DNA of 54,108 nt from an uncultured Mycoplasmatota bacterium (GCA_945872435.1 CAMBYP010000003.1:1-54108); one strand, 5' to 3'. Positions 40,909 to 52,323 are shown, numbered from the stretch's first letter. Notes: generated from the letters alone by a model not told the origin. Program-made: numbers and translations.

Positions 40909-41496
40909 ATGGATAATAAGGATATGAACCAAAACCCAGTTCAAAAAGAACAAAAATCTTTTGACAAAAATAACAAGAAAAATTCATCTAGACCACAACG
41001 TAGAAGAAGAGAAAGACAACCAAAATTATATGATGAAGAAGTTATTACAATTACTCGTGTAACAAAAGTTACAAAGGGTGGACGTCATTTCCGTTTCTCA
41101 GCTGTTGTAGCAGTTGGAGATAGAAAAGGTAAAGTAGGAATTGGTTCTGGAAAAGCTAATGAAGTTCCAGATGCAATTAAAAAAGCTGTACAAGCTGCTA
41201 CGAAAAATATCGTTAAAGTATCTATTGTAAATGATACAATTCCACATGAAGCTCTTGGAAGAAGAGGAGCAAGTAAAGTAATGTTAAAACCTGCTAGTAA
41301 AGGTACAGGAGTAAAAGCTGGAGGACCAGTTCGTAGTGTTCTTGAACTTGCTGGTGTTAAAAACATTCTTTCAAAATCACTTGGTTCTAATACAAAAGTA
41401 AATATGGCTTATGCTACATTAGAAGCATTAAAATCACAAAGAACAATTGAACAAGTTGCTGCATTACGTGGAAAGAAAGTAGAGGAAATTAGATAA
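40909..41496 (+). CDS. rpsE: 30S ribosomal protein S5
   Basis: [28 protein letters not shown]; about 35-aa N-terminal extension. Confidence 0.97.
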   Translation: MDNKDMNQNPVQKEQKSFDKNNKKNSSRPQRRRRERQPKLYDEEVITITRVTKVTKGGRHFRFSAVVAVGDRKGKVGIGSGKANEVPDAIKKAVQAATKNIVKVSIVNDTIPHEALGRRGASKVMLKPASKGTGVKAGGPVRSVLELAGVKNILSKSLGSNTKVNMAYATLEALKSQRTIEQVAALRGKKVEEIR

Positions 41497-41939
41497 TGAA
41501 ACTACATGAAATGAAACCTGGAGTTGGAGCTACTGCAACAAAGAAACGTGTTGGACGTGGAGTTGGTAGTGGACTTGGAAAAACTTCTGGACGTGGACAA
41601 AAAGGTCAAAACGCTAGAAGTGGTGGAGGAGTTTCTGGTTGGTTTGAAGGTGGTCAATTTCCACTATACAGAAAACTTCCAAAAAGAGGATTTACAAACG
41701 CTAGATTTAAAAAAGAATATGCAACAATCAATTTAAGTGATTTAAATAAATTTGATAATGGTGTAGAAGTAACGCCAGAACTTTTGAAAGAAATGGGAAT
41801 TGTAAAAAAACAATTATGTGGAATTAAAGTTTTAGGAAATGGTGTTTTAGAAAAGAAATTAGTTGTTAAAGCTAGTAAATTTTCAAAAACAGCAAAAGAA
41901 CAAATAGAAAAATTAGGTGGAAAAGCTGAGGTGATCTAA
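41496..41939 (+). CDS. rplO: 50S ribosomal protein L15
   Basis: RVGRG, GKTSGRG, FEGGQ, LPKRGF. Confidence 0.97.
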   Translation: MKLHEMKPGVGATATKKRVGRGVGSGLGKTSGRGQKGQNARSGGGVSGWFEGGQFPLYRKLPKRGFTNARFKKEYATINLSDLNKFDNGVEVTPELLKEMGIVKKQLCGIKVLGNGVLEKKLVVKASKFSKTAKEQIEKLGGKAEVI

Positions 41940-41940
41940 T

Positions 41941-43221
41941 ATGTTTGCCACTATGAAGCAAATATTTAAGTCAGAAAACAAAGACTTGAGAAGAAGAATC
42001 TACTTCACTTTGTTCTGCCTGTTCATTTTTAAACTAGGAACAACAATCATTGTTCCAGGAGTTGATTCAAAATTATTAGGATCTAACTTAGGATTCTTAG
42101 AATTAATTAATGCTATGGGTGGAGGTGCATTAGAAAAATTTTCTATTTTTGCACTTGGTGTAATGCCTTACATTACTGCATCTATCATTATTCAGTTATT
42201 GCAAATGGATATTGTTCCATACTTGACAGAACTTTCTAAACAAGGGCAAGTAGGAAGAGATAAGATTAATCAAATTACTCGAATTACTGGTCTTGCACTT
42301 GCTTTTATTCAAGGATATTTATTTTCATTTGCATTTATTCAAAATGGAACTTCATTACAATACATGGAATTTGCATTAATACTTACAGCTGGAACTGCTT
42401 TTCTACTTTGGATTGGTGATCAAATTACTAAAAAAGGAGTAGGAAATGGTATTTCATTAATTATCATGGCTGGTATTATTGCTACAATGCCAAGTATGTT
42501 TGTAGATGCTTATAATGGTTTTGTTACTGGTGGTACATTGCAACAAACATTATTCGGAATTACAAAATTTGTGTTATTTGTAATTATGTATCTTGCAATA
42601 GTGATTGCAGTTGTATTTGAACAATCTGCAGAACGTCGTATTCCAATTCAGTATGCAAATCAATCTGGAGCAGGAATTGGTGGAAATAAAAGTTATATTC
42701 CATTTAAATTAAATTCAGCTTCTGTTATTCCGGTTATTTTCGCATCTGCGATTGTTTCAGTTCCTGGTTTGATTGCTCAACTTCTAAAAAATGAACAAAT
42801 GACATTATTTGTACAAAAATGGTTATCTTTTCAGACTGGTACAGGTTTTGTATTGTATATTGTATTAATTATTGCATTTACTTATTTCTATACATATTTA
42901 CAATTGAAACCAAATGAATTAGCTGAAAATTTACAAAAAAATGGAGGATATATTCCAGGAGTACATCCAGGTGATGATACTGTAAAATATATCTCGAAAA
43001 CATTAAATCGTATTACTTTAGTTGGTGCGATTTGCCTTGCATTTATTGCAGGTCTTCCAATTGTGTTTGGAATGTTTTCTAATTTACCTACCAGTGTATC
43101 AATTGGTGGAACAGGACTTTTAATTGTTGTTGGAGTTGCACTTGAAACTTACAGACAAGTTGAAAGTCAATTAATTAGTAGAAATTATACTAGTTCAAGA
43201 GGAAGAAGACGAAGAAGATGA
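41941..43221 (+). CDS. secY: preprotein translocase SecY
   Basis: FALGVMPYITASII, GNGISL, GGTGLLIVVGV. Confidence 0.97.
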   Translation: MFATMKQIFKSENKDLRRRIYFTLFCLFIFKLGTTIIVPGVDSKLLGSNLGFLELINAMGGGALEKFSIFALGVMPYITASIIIQLLQMDIVPYLTELSKQGQVGRDKINQITRITGLALAFIQGYLFSFAFIQNGTSLQYMEFALILTAGTAFLLWIGDQITKKGVGNGISLIIMAGIIATMPSMFVDAYNGFVTGGTLQQTLFGITKFVLFVIMYLAIVIAVVFEQSAERRIPIQYANQSGAGIGGNKSYIPFKLNSASVIPVIFASAIVSVPGLIAQLLKNEQMTLFVQKWLSFQTGTGFVLYIVLIIAFTYFYTYLQLKPNELAENLQKNGGYIPGVHPGDDTVKYISKTLNRITLVGAICLAFIAGLPIVFGMFSNLPTSVSIGGTGLLIVVGVALETYRQVESQLISRNYTSSRGRRRRR

Positions 43222-43883
43222 AAAGTATTATTTTCATAGCCCCTCCTGCAGCAGGAAAGGGCACTCAATCAAAAATGATTGAAGAAAAATATCATTTACC
43301 ACATATTTCAACTGGGGATTTATTAAGAAATGCTATTAAAGGAAATAGTCCTATTGATTTAAAAATTAAAGAATTAATGGAATCTGGTTCTTTAATTCCA
43401 GATGATATTGTTCTAGAACTTTTACATGAACGTTTAATGAATGATGATTGTAAAAATGGATATATCCTTGATGGTTTTCCTAGAAATGTTTCTCAAGCAG
43501 ATGCTTATGAAGCAATGCTTGAAAATATGAAATTAGATCATGGTGTTGTGATATATTTAGATGTTCCAAAAGAACTATGTAAAAAACGTATTTTAGGTCG
43601 TAAATCTTGTCCAAAATGTGGAGCAATTTATAATGACCTAATCGCTGGTATGGAATCAAAAGTAGAAAATGTATGTGATAAGTGTGGATCAAATTTAACT
43701 GTTCGAAGTGATGACAATGAACAAACTTTTGAAACACGTTATCAAGCATATCTTGATAATACCCTTCCACTTTTAGATTACTATAAAAAACACGGTAATT
43801 TATATCGTGTTGACAGTACAGATGCTACAAAAACATTTAAAACAATTGTAGAAGTACTAGAAAGAGGCATTTCTCATGATTAG
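43218..43883 (+). CDS. adk: adenylate kinase (Zn-LID)
   Basis: PPAAGKGTQ, HISTGD, LDGFPR, CPKC/CDKC. Confidence 0.96.
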   Translation: MKSIIFIAPPAAGKGTQSKMIEEKYHLPHISTGDLLRNAIKGNSPIDLKIKELMESGSLIPDDIVLELLHERLMNDDCKNGYILDGFPRNVSQADAYEAMLENMKLDHGVVIYLDVPKELCKKRILGRKSCPKCGAIYNDLIAGMESKVENVCDKCGSNLTVRSDDNEQTFETRYQAYLDNTLPLLDYYKKHGNLYRVDSTDATKTFKTIVEVLERGISHD

Positions 43884-44622
43884 TATTAAATCAGAAAGGG
43901 AAATTGAACTTTTAAGAATTGCTGGTAAAATTGTCGGTGATACTCATAATTATATAAAACAGTATATTAAACCGGGTATCACCACAATGGAACTAGATCA
44001 TATTGCAGAAACATTTATTAGAAAAAATGGTGCAACTCCATCTTTTAAAGGATTGTATGGTTTTCCAAATGCTTGTTGTATTTCAGTAAATGAAGAAGTA
44101 GTACATGGAATTCCTTCTAATAGAAAATTAAAAGAAGGAGATATTGTATCAATTGATATTGGAGCTTGTTATAAAGGCTATCATGGAGATTCCGCATGGA
44201 GTTATCCAGTGGGAAAAGTAGATAAACAAAAAGAAGATTTGTTGAAACATACGGAAGAATCATTATATGAAGGATTATCTGTAATTCATGATGGTGCACG
44301 AGTTGGCGATATTGGTTATATGGTTAGTAAATGTGCAAATAAGTATCATCTAGGTGTTGTAAAAGAATTAGTCGGACATGGAGTTGGAAGAGAAGTTCAT
44401 GAAATGCCTGATGTTCCAAATTATGGAAAGCAAAATACCGGACCACTTTTAAAAAAAGGAATGGTTATTGCAGTTGAACCTATGTTAAATAGTGGAACTG
44501 CTGATATTTATGAATTAGATGATGAATGGACAATTGTCACTGCTGATTTAAAACCATCTGCTCATTTCGAGCATACCGTTTTAGTAACAGAAGATGGTTA
44601 TGAAATTTTAACAAAGAGGTGA
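43876..44622 (+). CDS. map: methionine aminopeptidase type I
   Basis: [27 protein letters not shown]. Confidence 0.96.
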   Translation: MISIKSEREIELLRIAGKIVGDTHNYIKQYIKPGITTMELDHIAETFIRKNGATPSFKGLYGFPNACCISVNEEVVHGIPSNRKLKEGDIVSIDIGACYKGYHGDSAWSYPVGKVDKQKEDLLKHTEESLYEGLSVIHDGARVGDIGYMVSKCANKYHLGVVKELVGHGVGREVHEMPDVPNYGKQNTGPLLKKGMVIAVEPMLNSGTADIYELDDEWTIVTADLKPSAHFEHTVLVTEDGYEILTKR

Positions 44623-44626
44623 GAAA

Positions 44627-44842
44627 ATGGCAAAAGAAGATGTAATTGAATTAGAAGGGAAAGTTGTTGAAACTTTACCAAATGCTAATTTTAAAGTAGA
44701 ACTTGAAAACGGACACACGATTATAGCCGGCGTTTCTGGTAAAATCCGAATGCACTATATTCGCATTTTACCAGGTGATAGAGTGACCGTAGAAGTTTCA
44801 ACATATGATTTAACACGCGGGCGTATAACCTATAGAAAATAA
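44627..44842 (+). CDS. infA: translation initiation factor IF-1
   Basis: [22 protein letters not shown]. Confidence 0.97.
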   Translation: MAKEDVIELEGKVVETLPNANFKVELENGHTIIAGVSGKIRMHYIRILPGDRVTVEVSTYDLTRGRITYRK

Positions 44843-44856
44843 TAGGAGGGATTTAG

Positions 44857-44970
44857 ATGAAGGTAAGACCATCGGTAAAACCAATTTGCGACAAATGTCG
44901 TGTAATCAAACGTAAAGGTAGGGTTATGGTAATTTGTGAAAACCCTAAACACAAACAAAGACAAGGTTAA
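44857..44970 (+). CDS. rpmJ: 50S ribosomal protein L36 (not in ORF track)
   Basis: Manual translation [37 protein letters not shown] after AGGAGG. Confidence 0.97.
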   Translation: MKVRPSVKPICDKCRVIKRKGRVMVICENPKHKQRQG

Positions 44971-44987
44971 TAATAGGAGGTGTTTTA

Positions 44988-45353
44988 ATGGCACGTATTA
45001 AAGGTATTGATTTGCCAAATAATAAGAGAATTGAAATCGCATTAACTTACATCTATGGAATCGGAAGAAGTCTTGCTACTACTATTTGTAATGATGCAAA
45101 AGTAGATGTAAACACAAAAGCAAAAGATTTAACTCAAGAAGAGTTAGTTCGTATTCGTGATGAAGTAAATAAATATACAACTGAAGGAGATTTACGTCGT
45201 GAAATCAACATGAATATTAAAACAAAAATGGAAATTAATTCTTACCAAGGTACTCGTCATAAAAAAGGTTTACCTGTAAGAGGTCAAAGAACTAACCGTA
45301 ATGCTAGAACTCGTAAAGGTAAAGGAAAAGTTGTAGCTAATAAAAAGAAATAA
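44988..45353 (+). CDS. rpsM: 30S ribosomal protein S13
   Basis: [23 protein letters not shown]. Confidence 0.97.
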   Translation: MARIKGIDLPNNKRIEIALTYIYGIGRSLATTICNDAKVDVNTKAKDLTQEELVRIRDEVNKYTTEGDLRREINMNIKTKMEINSYQGTRHKKGLPVRGQRTNRNARTRKGKGKVVANKKK

Positions 45354-45377
45354 TAGACTTTAAAGGAGGTTATGAAA

Positions 45378-45761
45378 ATGGCTTATAAACCAAGAAAACG
45401 TAAAGTGAAGAAGAATGTACCTGAAGGTAAGGCTTTTATTCATTCTACATTTAATAATACAATTGTAACAATTAGTGATAAAGATGGGAATGCAATTAGT
45501 TGGGCTTCAGCTGGTACTTTAGGATTCAAAGGAAGTAAAAAATCAACTCCATATGCAGCAGGTATGGCAGCAGAAGCAGCAGGAAAAGCAGCTGCAGGTA
45601 TGGGTATGAAAAAAGTTGAAGTTTATGTAAAAGGAATTGGTTCTGGACGTGAAACCGCTGTTCGTTCATTACAAACTGCTGGACTTGAGATTACTGCAAT
45701 CACTGACGTAACACCTATACCACATAATGGATGCCGTCCACCAAAACGTCCACGTGGATAA
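45378..45761 (+). CDS. rpsK: 30S ribosomal protein S11
   Basis: [23 protein letters not shown]. Confidence 0.97.
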   Translation: MAYKPRKRKVKKNVPEGKAFIHSTFNNTIVTISDKDGNAISWASAGTLGFKGSKKSTPYAAGMAAEAAGKAAAGMGMKKVEVYVKGIGSGRETAVRSLQTAGLEITAITDVTPIPHNGCRPPKRPRG

Positions 45762-45782
45762 TAAGAAAAGGAGTGTGGAATA

Positions 45783-46733
45783 GTGTTAAATTTTGAAAAA
45801 CCTATTTATAAAATAACTGATTATGTTGAAAATAATAATTATGGAAAATTTGAATTAGAACCTTTAGAAAGAGGATTTGGAACTACAATTGGTAATGCAC
45901 TTAGAAGAGTGATGCTATCTAGTATGCCAGGAAGTGCAATTGTCGCTGTAAAAATTGATGGAGTTGCACATGAATTCCAAACAATAGAAGGTATTGTAGA
46001 AGATGTAACAACAATTATTTTAAATTTAAAAAATATTGTTGTAAAAAATCATTCTGATGAAGATAAAACAATGCATTTACATGTAGATACTGAAAAAACA
46101 GTAACTGCCGCTGATATTGAAACAGATGCAGATGTTGAAGTAATTAATAAAGATCAAGTAATCGCAACTGTTTCAAAAGGTGGAAAATTAGATATGGAAT
46201 TTATCGTTAGTAACGGTAGAGGATATGTACCATCTAATGAAAATAAAGCATTATTAGAAAATAAAAAAATTGGTTTTATTCCAATTGATGCATTGTATTC
46301 TCCAATTGAAAGAATTAGTTATGATGTAACAAATGCACGTGTTGGACAAGATGCTAGTTATGATAAACTAACAATGAATGTTCAAACGAATGGTTCTCTT
46401 CGTCCAGAAGAAACTATGGCATTAGGTGCTAAAATATTAATTGAACACTTAAATATTATTACTAATTTGAGTGAAATTGCTGATACAACAGGTATTATGA
46501 ATGCAAAACAAGAAGATAGTAAGATGAAAAAACTAGAAACATCAATTGATGATTTAGATTTCTCAGTTCGTGCTTATAATTGTTTAAAAAGAGCAGGAAT
46601 TAATACTCTTGGAGATTTAACTGAAAAATCAGAATTAGAAATGATGAAAATTCGTAATTTAGGTAAAAAGTCTTTAAAAGAAGTAATTGATAAAATTAAA
46701 GATATGGGACTTAAATTCCGTGATGAAGACTAG
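45783..46733 (+). CDS. rpoA: RNA polymerase alpha subunit
   Basis: EPLERGFGTTIGNALRR, SVRAYNCLKRAGI, RNLGKKS. Confidence 0.98.
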   Translation: MLNFEKPIYKITDYVENNNYGKFELEPLERGFGTTIGNALRRVMLSSMPGSAIVAVKIDGVAHEFQTIEGIVEDVTTIILNLKNIVVKNHSDEDKTMHLHVDTEKTVTAADIETDADVEVINKDQVIATVSKGGKLDMEFIVSNGRGYVPSNENKALLENKKIGFIPIDALYSPIERISYDVTNARVGQDASYDKLTMNVQTNGSLRPEETMALGAKILIEHLNIITNLSEIADTTGIMNAKQEDSKMKKLETSIDDLDFSVRAYNCLKRAGINTLGDLTEKSELEMMKIRNLGKKSLKEVIDKIKDMGLKFRDED

Positions 46734-46748
46734 TTAGGAGGAAAAAAT

Positions 46749-47099
46749 ATGGCTTATAGAAAATTAGGACGTACGAATAAACATAGAAGAAGTATGCTTG
46801 CTAACCTAACAAAAGATGTCATCATGAATGGAAGAATTCAAACAACTGAAACAAGAGCAAAAGAAGTTCGTAAGTTTGTTGATAAAATGATTTCATATGG
46901 AAAAGATGGATCTTTAGTTGCAAGAAGAAAAGCATTAGCTTTCTTACATAATGATAAAGTTGCTGTTAAGAAAGTTTTTGACGAATTAGCTCCTCGTTAT
47001 GCAACTCGTAACGGAGGATATACTAGAATCTTAAAATTAGATGAAAGAAAAGGTGACGACGCACTTATGGTCATCTTAGAATTAGTAGAAGAAGCATAA
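46749..47099 (+). CDS. rplQ: 50S ribosomal protein L17
   Basis: [20 protein letters not shown]. Confidence 0.97.
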   Translation: MAYRKLGRTNKHRRSMLANLTKDVIMNGRIQTTETRAKEVRKFVDKMISYGKDGSLVARRKALAFLHNDKVAVKKVFDELAPRYATRNGGYTRILKLDERKGDDALMVILELVEEA

Positions 47100-47112
47100 T
47101 GCTTCTTTTTTT
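47087..47112 (+). terminator. intrinsic terminator ending the alpha operon
   Basis: GAAGCAT-A-ATGCTTC followed by a T run. Confidence 0.7.
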
Positions 47113-47173
47113 ATAAAATACTTGTCAAATTCTAAATATTATAGTATCATGTTGTCAATTGGGGGAATTTGAT

Positions 47174-47950
47174 ATGGAAAATATGGAATATAAATTAGAA
47201 ATAAAAATACCAGATTTTGTTAAACAAAATGTACAAGCAAAAAAACAATTAGATCATGAAATAGACTCTTTTTTTAATGCATCAGGTGAAATTAAAAAAG
47301 AGTATGAACAAAACACATATACTTTAATAAAAGATAATATAACTGGGAAAAAACCTTATATGAATAATAGTTATTATTATCTAAAAATTAAGTATCTTTC
47401 TAATGAAGAATTTATTTTATATTCTGGTGTAACATTTAAAATAGAAGATGAAAATAAAAAAAGACATTCTTTATTAAATACCAAATTATTTCATTGTTAT
47501 CATAATATAAATCATGATTTTATAATAGAAGAAAATGAACAAGTATATCATGATGATGAAATAAAAGAATATACTGGATTCTTATTTCGAAGTATTCATG
47601 CTGTTAAAAAAAATTTTTTGTATAGAGATAATCAATTATTAAAAAAAGAAGTATTTACAGGATATCAAAAAGAAAATATTCCGTATTTGCACCAATCTAT
47701 TCAAAACAGTATTGTTCATGAAGATGATTTTATAGTAAGTATACCATGTCCTTTTTATGAGTTAGTTAATGTGACTCAAGATTATGTGTATATAAAAAAA
47801 TTATATGATGAATTAGAAGGAGAAAAAATCTTTACAACTTCCAAAGAAAATGTAGATAATGAATTAAATGTAAAAGATGAGAATATTTTGATTCCTGTTG
47901 ATATACAAACATGGAATAGTGCATTAGAAGGAGTTATGAAAAAATCATAA
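47174..47950 (+). CDS. hypothetical soluble protein
   Basis: Long ORF with GGGGGA RBS, TTGTCA..TATCAT promoter and downstream hairpin; no recognisable motif. Confidence 0.65.
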   Translation: MENMEYKLEIKIPDFVKQNVQAKKQLDHEIDSFFNASGEIKKEYEQNTYTLIKDNITGKKPYMNNSYYYLKIKYLSNEEFILYSGVTFKIEDENKKRHSLLNTKLFHCYHNINHDFIIEENEQVYHDDEIKEYTGFLFRSIHAVKKNFLYRDNQLLKKEVFTGYQKENIPYLHQSIQNSIVHEDDFIVSIPCPFYELVNVTQDYVYIKKLYDELEGEKIFTTSKENVDNELNVKDENILIPVDIQTWNSALEGVMKKS

Positions 47951-48008
47951 CTTTTTTTCATTTTCATGAGTTCATTTTTGTTGTATACTATTAATAGTAG
48001 GTGAAAAT

Positions 48009-49805
48009 ATGAAAAAATGGTTGATAATATGTTTTGTATGTTTTATTTATTTCATCCCAATAAATGTTAATGCTAAAACAAAAAATAATTTTGATGAAAT
48101 TCATACAAAAATTAAAATCACGAAAGACAGTAAAATTTATGTTACTGAAACGGGGCAAGTAAATGGCATAGGTAATCATACAATTGTACGTAAGTTACCA
48201 TTTTATTTCGTGAATCAAATGAACGAAAAGAGATTAGCTAAAATTAGTCAAATAGAAGGAAGTGCTATGTCATTTCGCTATTCTAATTTTGGAGATTCTA
48301 TGTATTTACGTGCTAAGGTAAATGATAATAAAAATTCATATACTATATCATACATATATGATTTTTCTAGTGTTGGAGGCGTAGAAAATACTTTATATAT
48401 TCCTCTTATAAAATCTTCTGATTATGAAAATATTGACTCATATACATTTGATATTGAATTAGAAAATACAGAATCATTAGAACAATTTCAATGGTTAATG
48501 GACGATGAAATTATTTCAGATAGCCAATTAAACTATTCTGTTATTGGAAATCATATTACTGGTAAATTATTAATTCCACTACATTCAACAACTATTACTT
48601 CTATGATTAAAGTTCCAGAAAATTATTTTTATCAAACACATAATAATTATCATACGAATGCAATCTTATTTTTCATAGCTACTGGACTAGTTTTAATAGC
48701 AGCATTTATTCTATATTTATTAGCAAAACGACAAGTAAAAAAGCCACCAATTGTGAAATTTCCACCTGCTAATTTAAGTCCTGCAGAAATTGGTTATATA
48801 TATAAAGGTGTAGTAGGTGATAAAGAAGTATTATCTTATTTAATTAATTATGCAATCAAGGGAAATATGAAAATTGCAGAGTATTCACAAAAGAATAATA
48901 AAATTACTTCATGGTTTGTTAAACAAGAATCTTTAAATAGTAAGGATGAAATTGAATCATATATATACCACCAATTATTTGTAAATCGTGATAAAGTTGA
49001 AATACAAGCGTTGAAGGGTAAATTCTATAAAAAATTAGAATATGCAAAAAAACAATTGAGTTATAGAACCTTAGAAGATAAGATATATGACAAAAAATCT
49101 TATTTATTACTATATTTAATTTATGGATTAACTTTATTTATGTTTTTATCTTTACAACTGTGTTTTTGCTTTAGTGTACTAGGTTCATTATTTGATTCTA
49201 TTATATGCGTATTATTATCTTTCTTTGCAATTTTTTGTTTATTATTTACTGTGAAACATGAAGTTCCATATTTAAAAAAAGTCGCATATTCTATTGTGTT
49301 AGTCCCATTATTTATTATGGTAATTTATTCTTTTATATGTTTACGATATAATTGGTTTTATGTATGTTGTATTGGCATGATGCTAATTATGTTATTTCTT
49401 GGTAAAGAAATTCAAAAAAGATTTAAGGAACACTCTTATATTGTAAGAAAAATAGATGGATTTAGAAGATATTTAAAAGAAAAGAGTGCAAAATCTGAAG
49501 AGCAATTTTATGATTACTTACCATATGCTTATGTATTAGGTGTTTCTAAACAATGGATAAGACATAATGAAAAAGTAAATTTACCATCATGGCTTGATGT
49601 TAATTTGAAATCAACTTCTTTTATTCAATGTTTTGAATATTATATGGAAACGATTAATAGTATTTTATTTTCTCTTCCACAAGAACATTTACCAAAATTA
49701 AGGCATAAAAAGAAAACTGTAAAAAATAAAAATATAAAAAATTTTGCAGAAGAAACAAAAAAGGCAGATGAATCGTTCAAAAAACAAAAAGAAAAAAAGG
49801 CATAA
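48009..49805 (+). CDS. DUF2207-like membrane protein
   Basis: Signal peptide, IYVTE beta domain, TM, PPANLSPAEIGY, TM cluster, GFRRYL...YLPYAYVLGV..W. Confidence 0.8.
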   Translation: MKKWLIICFVCFIYFIPINVNAKTKNNFDEIHTKIKITKDSKIYVTETGQVNGIGNHTIVRKLPFYFVNQMNEKRLAKISQIEGSAMSFRYSNFGDSMYLRAKVNDNKNSYTISYIYDFSSVGGVENTLYIPLIKSSDYENIDSYTFDIELENTESLEQFQWLMDDEIISDSQLNYSVIGNHITGKLLIPLHSTTITSMIKVPENYFYQTHNNYHTNAILFFIATGLVLIAAFILYLLAKRQVKKPPIVKFPPANLSPAEIGYIYKGVVGDKEVLSYLINYAIKGNMKIAEYSQKNNKITSWFVKQESLNSKDEIESYIYHQLFVNRDKVEIQALKGKFYKKLEYAKKQLSYRTLEDKIYDKKSYLLLYLIYGLTLFMFLSLQLCFCFSVLGSLFDSIICVLLSFFAIFCLLFTVKHEVPYLKKVAYSIVLVPLFIMVIYSFICLRYNWFYVCCIGMMLIMLFLGKEIQKRFKEHSYIVRKIDGFRRYLKEKSAKSEEQFYDYLPYAYVLGVSKQWIRHNEKVNLPSWLDVNLKSTSFIQCFEYYMETINSILFSLPQEHLPKLRHKKKTVKNKNIKNFAEETKKADESFKKQKEKKA

Positions 49806-49883
49806 TTATGTCTTTTTTTCATAATCTTTTGTTTTTCGTTGATAATATAATTGTATTATTATATAATAAAAAAGGTGAAGAAT

Positions 49884-50636
49884 ATGTTAGCACTTATTAC
49901 AGGAGCAAGTTCTGGAATTGGAAGAGATATGGCTCGTATTTTGAGTGAAAAAGGATATGATCTGATTCTAGTTGCAAGAAGAAAAACAAAATTACAAGCT
50001 TTAAAAAAAGAGTTAAATACAAATGTTGAATGTATTGTAATGGATATATCTACAACATTTAATTGTATGGAATTATATCAAGAAGTAAAAGATAAAGATA
50101 TTGATATTTTAATTAATAATGCTGGTTTTGGACTATTTGGTGAATTTTGCGAAACTAATTTAGATAAAGAGCTAGATATGATTGATTTAAATATCAAGGC
50201 TGTTCATACTTTAACAAAGTTGTTTTTGAAGGATTTTAAAAAGAAAAATAAAGGTTATATATTGAATGTTGCTTCTTCTGCTGCCTTTTTACCAGGTCCA
50301 TTAATGGCAACTTATTATGGAACAAAAGCATATGTTTTAAGGTTTACAGAATCTATTCATGAAGAATTAAAAAAAGAAAAAAGTAATGTATATATCGGAG
50401 CATTATGCCCTGGCCCAGTAAATACAGAATTTAATAAAGTTGCTAAAGTTTCATTTCAATTACCTGGAATGGAAAGTAGAGATGTAGCTGAATATGCAAT
50501 TAAAAAAATGTTTAAGAAAAAAATGATTATTATACCTGGAATCACAATGAAAGTGTCTAAATTTATGATTCGTTTCATTCCAGAATCTATTTTACTTCAT
50601 ACTGCATATCACATACAAAAAAGGAAAAGAGATTAG
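49884..50636 (+). CDS. short-chain dehydrogenase/reductase
   Basis: ITGASSGIG, NNAGFG, YYGTK (YxxxK), CPGP. Confidence 0.92.
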   Translation: MLALITGASSGIGRDMARILSEKGYDLILVARRKTKLQALKKELNTNVECIVMDISTTFNCMELYQEVKDKDIDILINNAGFGLFGEFCETNLDKELDMIDLNIKAVHTLTKLFLKDFKKKNKGYILNVASSAAFLPGPLMATYYGTKAYVLRFTESIHEELKKEKSNVYIGALCPGPVNTEFNKVAKVSFQLPGMESRDVAEYAIKKMFKKKMIIIPGITMKVSKFMIRFIPESILLHTAYHIQKRKRD

Positions 50637-50698
50637 CTCTTTTTTTCTTGTCATTTGATATAAACTATACTATAATAACTAAAAGTAGTGGTGAAGAT

Positions 50699-51520
50699 AT
50701 GAATGTAATTAAAGTAGAAAAATTGACTTTTTTTTATGAACAAAATTGTATATTCAAAGATATAAATTTTGAAGTGGTTGAAGGAGAATTTTTAACAATT
50801 TTAGGACCAAGTGGAAGTGGGAAATCAACGTTATTAAAATTGTTATTAGGTTTAGAACATGGTATAGGAAAAATTGAAGTTTTAAATAAAGAATTAAAGG
50901 CAGAAACGACAAGAGAAATTCGAAGAGAAATTGGTTATGTATGTAGTGATTCTAGTAAGCAAATGATTAGTAAGCAAATGATATTTCAAACAGTGCATGA
51001 AGAATTATCATTTCCACTATGTAATTTATGTTATTCTAAACAAGAAATTGAATCAAAAATAAATGAAATTTCGGAGTTATTTCAAATTCAACACTTATTA
51101 CAAAAAAATTTAAATGAATTGACAAATTCTCAAAAACAAGTAATATGCTTTGCAACCGCACTTATTTATAATCCTAAAATTTTATTATTAGATGAGGCTT
51201 TTTTTGGAATGGAAACATTAACAATTAAAAGAATATTTAAAGTTTTAAAAAAATTGAATCGTGAAAAAAATTTAACAATTATTTCAGGAACTTCAATGAT
51301 TGAACAAAGTTTATTTGGTAAAAAAATAATGGTTTTAAATGACAATAATATTTTATTATATGGAAAGAATCAAGATGTATTTGACGAAGAAAAAAAATTA
51401 AAAAAAGCAAGTTTAGAATTACCATTTATGGTTGAATTATCAAAAAAATTATATTATTATGATTTAGTAAAAAAGCCAATTTATCATATGGAGCGGATGG
51501 TGAATCATTTATGGAAATAA
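50699..51520 (+). CDS. ecfA1: ECF transporter ATPase EcfA1 (degenerate)
   Basis: Walker A GPSGSGKST, LLLDE, C-terminal LELPF..LW; synteny ecfA1-A2-T-truA after rplQ. Confidence 0.75.
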   Translation: MNVIKVEKLTFFYEQNCIFKDINFEVVEGEFLTILGPSGSGKSTLLKLLLGLEHGIGKIEVLNKELKAETTREIRREIGYVCSDSSKQMISKQMIFQTVHEELSFPLCNLCYSKQEIESKINEISELFQIQHLLQKNLNELTNSQKQVICFATALIYNPKILLLDEAFFGMETLTIKRIFKVLKKLNREKNLTIISGTSMIEQSLFGKKIMVLNDNNILLYGKNQDVFDEEKKLKKASLELPFMVELSKKLYYYDLVKKPIYHMERMVNHLWK

Positions 51521-52323
51521 ATTGTAATCATATTCAGTATACAGAGTTTTCCACAGGAAAAAATGAAATTTTTGATTTATCATGTTCATTTAGTGATAAA
51601 AAAGTATATGGTATCATTGGAAATAGTGGAAGTGGAAAATCAACTTTATTAGAACTTATCGCACAAGAAAAACAACCAACATTTGGTGAAATAGAAATAA
51701 ATCATAATCAATTATTTGATGCTAGAACGATTGGCTATTTAAAACAGAATATTGAAAATCAATTTATAACAATGAGTGTAAAAGAAGAGTTAAAATATTT
51801 ATTACTTTCTTTTTCTTACCGAGTAAATGAAATCGATAAGCGCATGGTAGAAGTATTAAAATTAGTTGGTCTTAGTGAAAAATACTTAGATAGAAATATT
51901 CATTCTTTGAGTCATGGAGAAATAAAAAAATTAGGATTAGCTAGCGTTTTAATATACAATCCTAAGATATTATTATTAGACGAACCTAGTTTTGGATTGT
52001 CGCTAATAGATAAAAAGAATCTAATAAAATTATTAAAAAAGTTGAAAAATAAATATCATAAATTAATTATTATTGTGAGTCAAGATATGGAATTTATACA
52101 TAAAGTTTGTGACGATATATATGTATTAAACCAAGGAAAAATAGTTTTATATGGAAATAAATTTGATGTATTTTCAAAACAAAAATTGTTGAAAAAAATC
52201 AATGTTGATGTTCCAAATATTATTTCATTTGAAAATCTTGTACTCCAAAAGAAAAATATACAAATAGGATATCGTGATGAAATAAATGATTTAATTAAGG
52301 ATGTATATCGATATGTTAAATAA
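51511..52323 (+). CDS. ecfA2: ECF transporter ATPase EcfA2 (partly degenerate)
   Basis: GNSGSGKST, LSHGE, LLLDEP; synteny. Confidence 0.78.
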   Translation: MEINCNHIQYTEFSTGKNEIFDLSCSFSDKKVYGIIGNSGSGKSTLLELIAQEKQPTFGEIEINHNQLFDARTIGYLKQNIENQFITMSVKEELKYLLLSFSYRVNEIDKRMVEVLKLVGLSEKYLDRNIHSLSHGEIKKLGLASVLIYNPKILLLDEPSFGLSLIDKKNLIKLLKKLKNKYHKLIIIVSQDMEFIHKVCDDIYVLNQGKIVLYGNKFDVFSKQKLLKKINVDVPNIISFENLVLQKKNIQIGYRDEINDLIKDVYRYVK

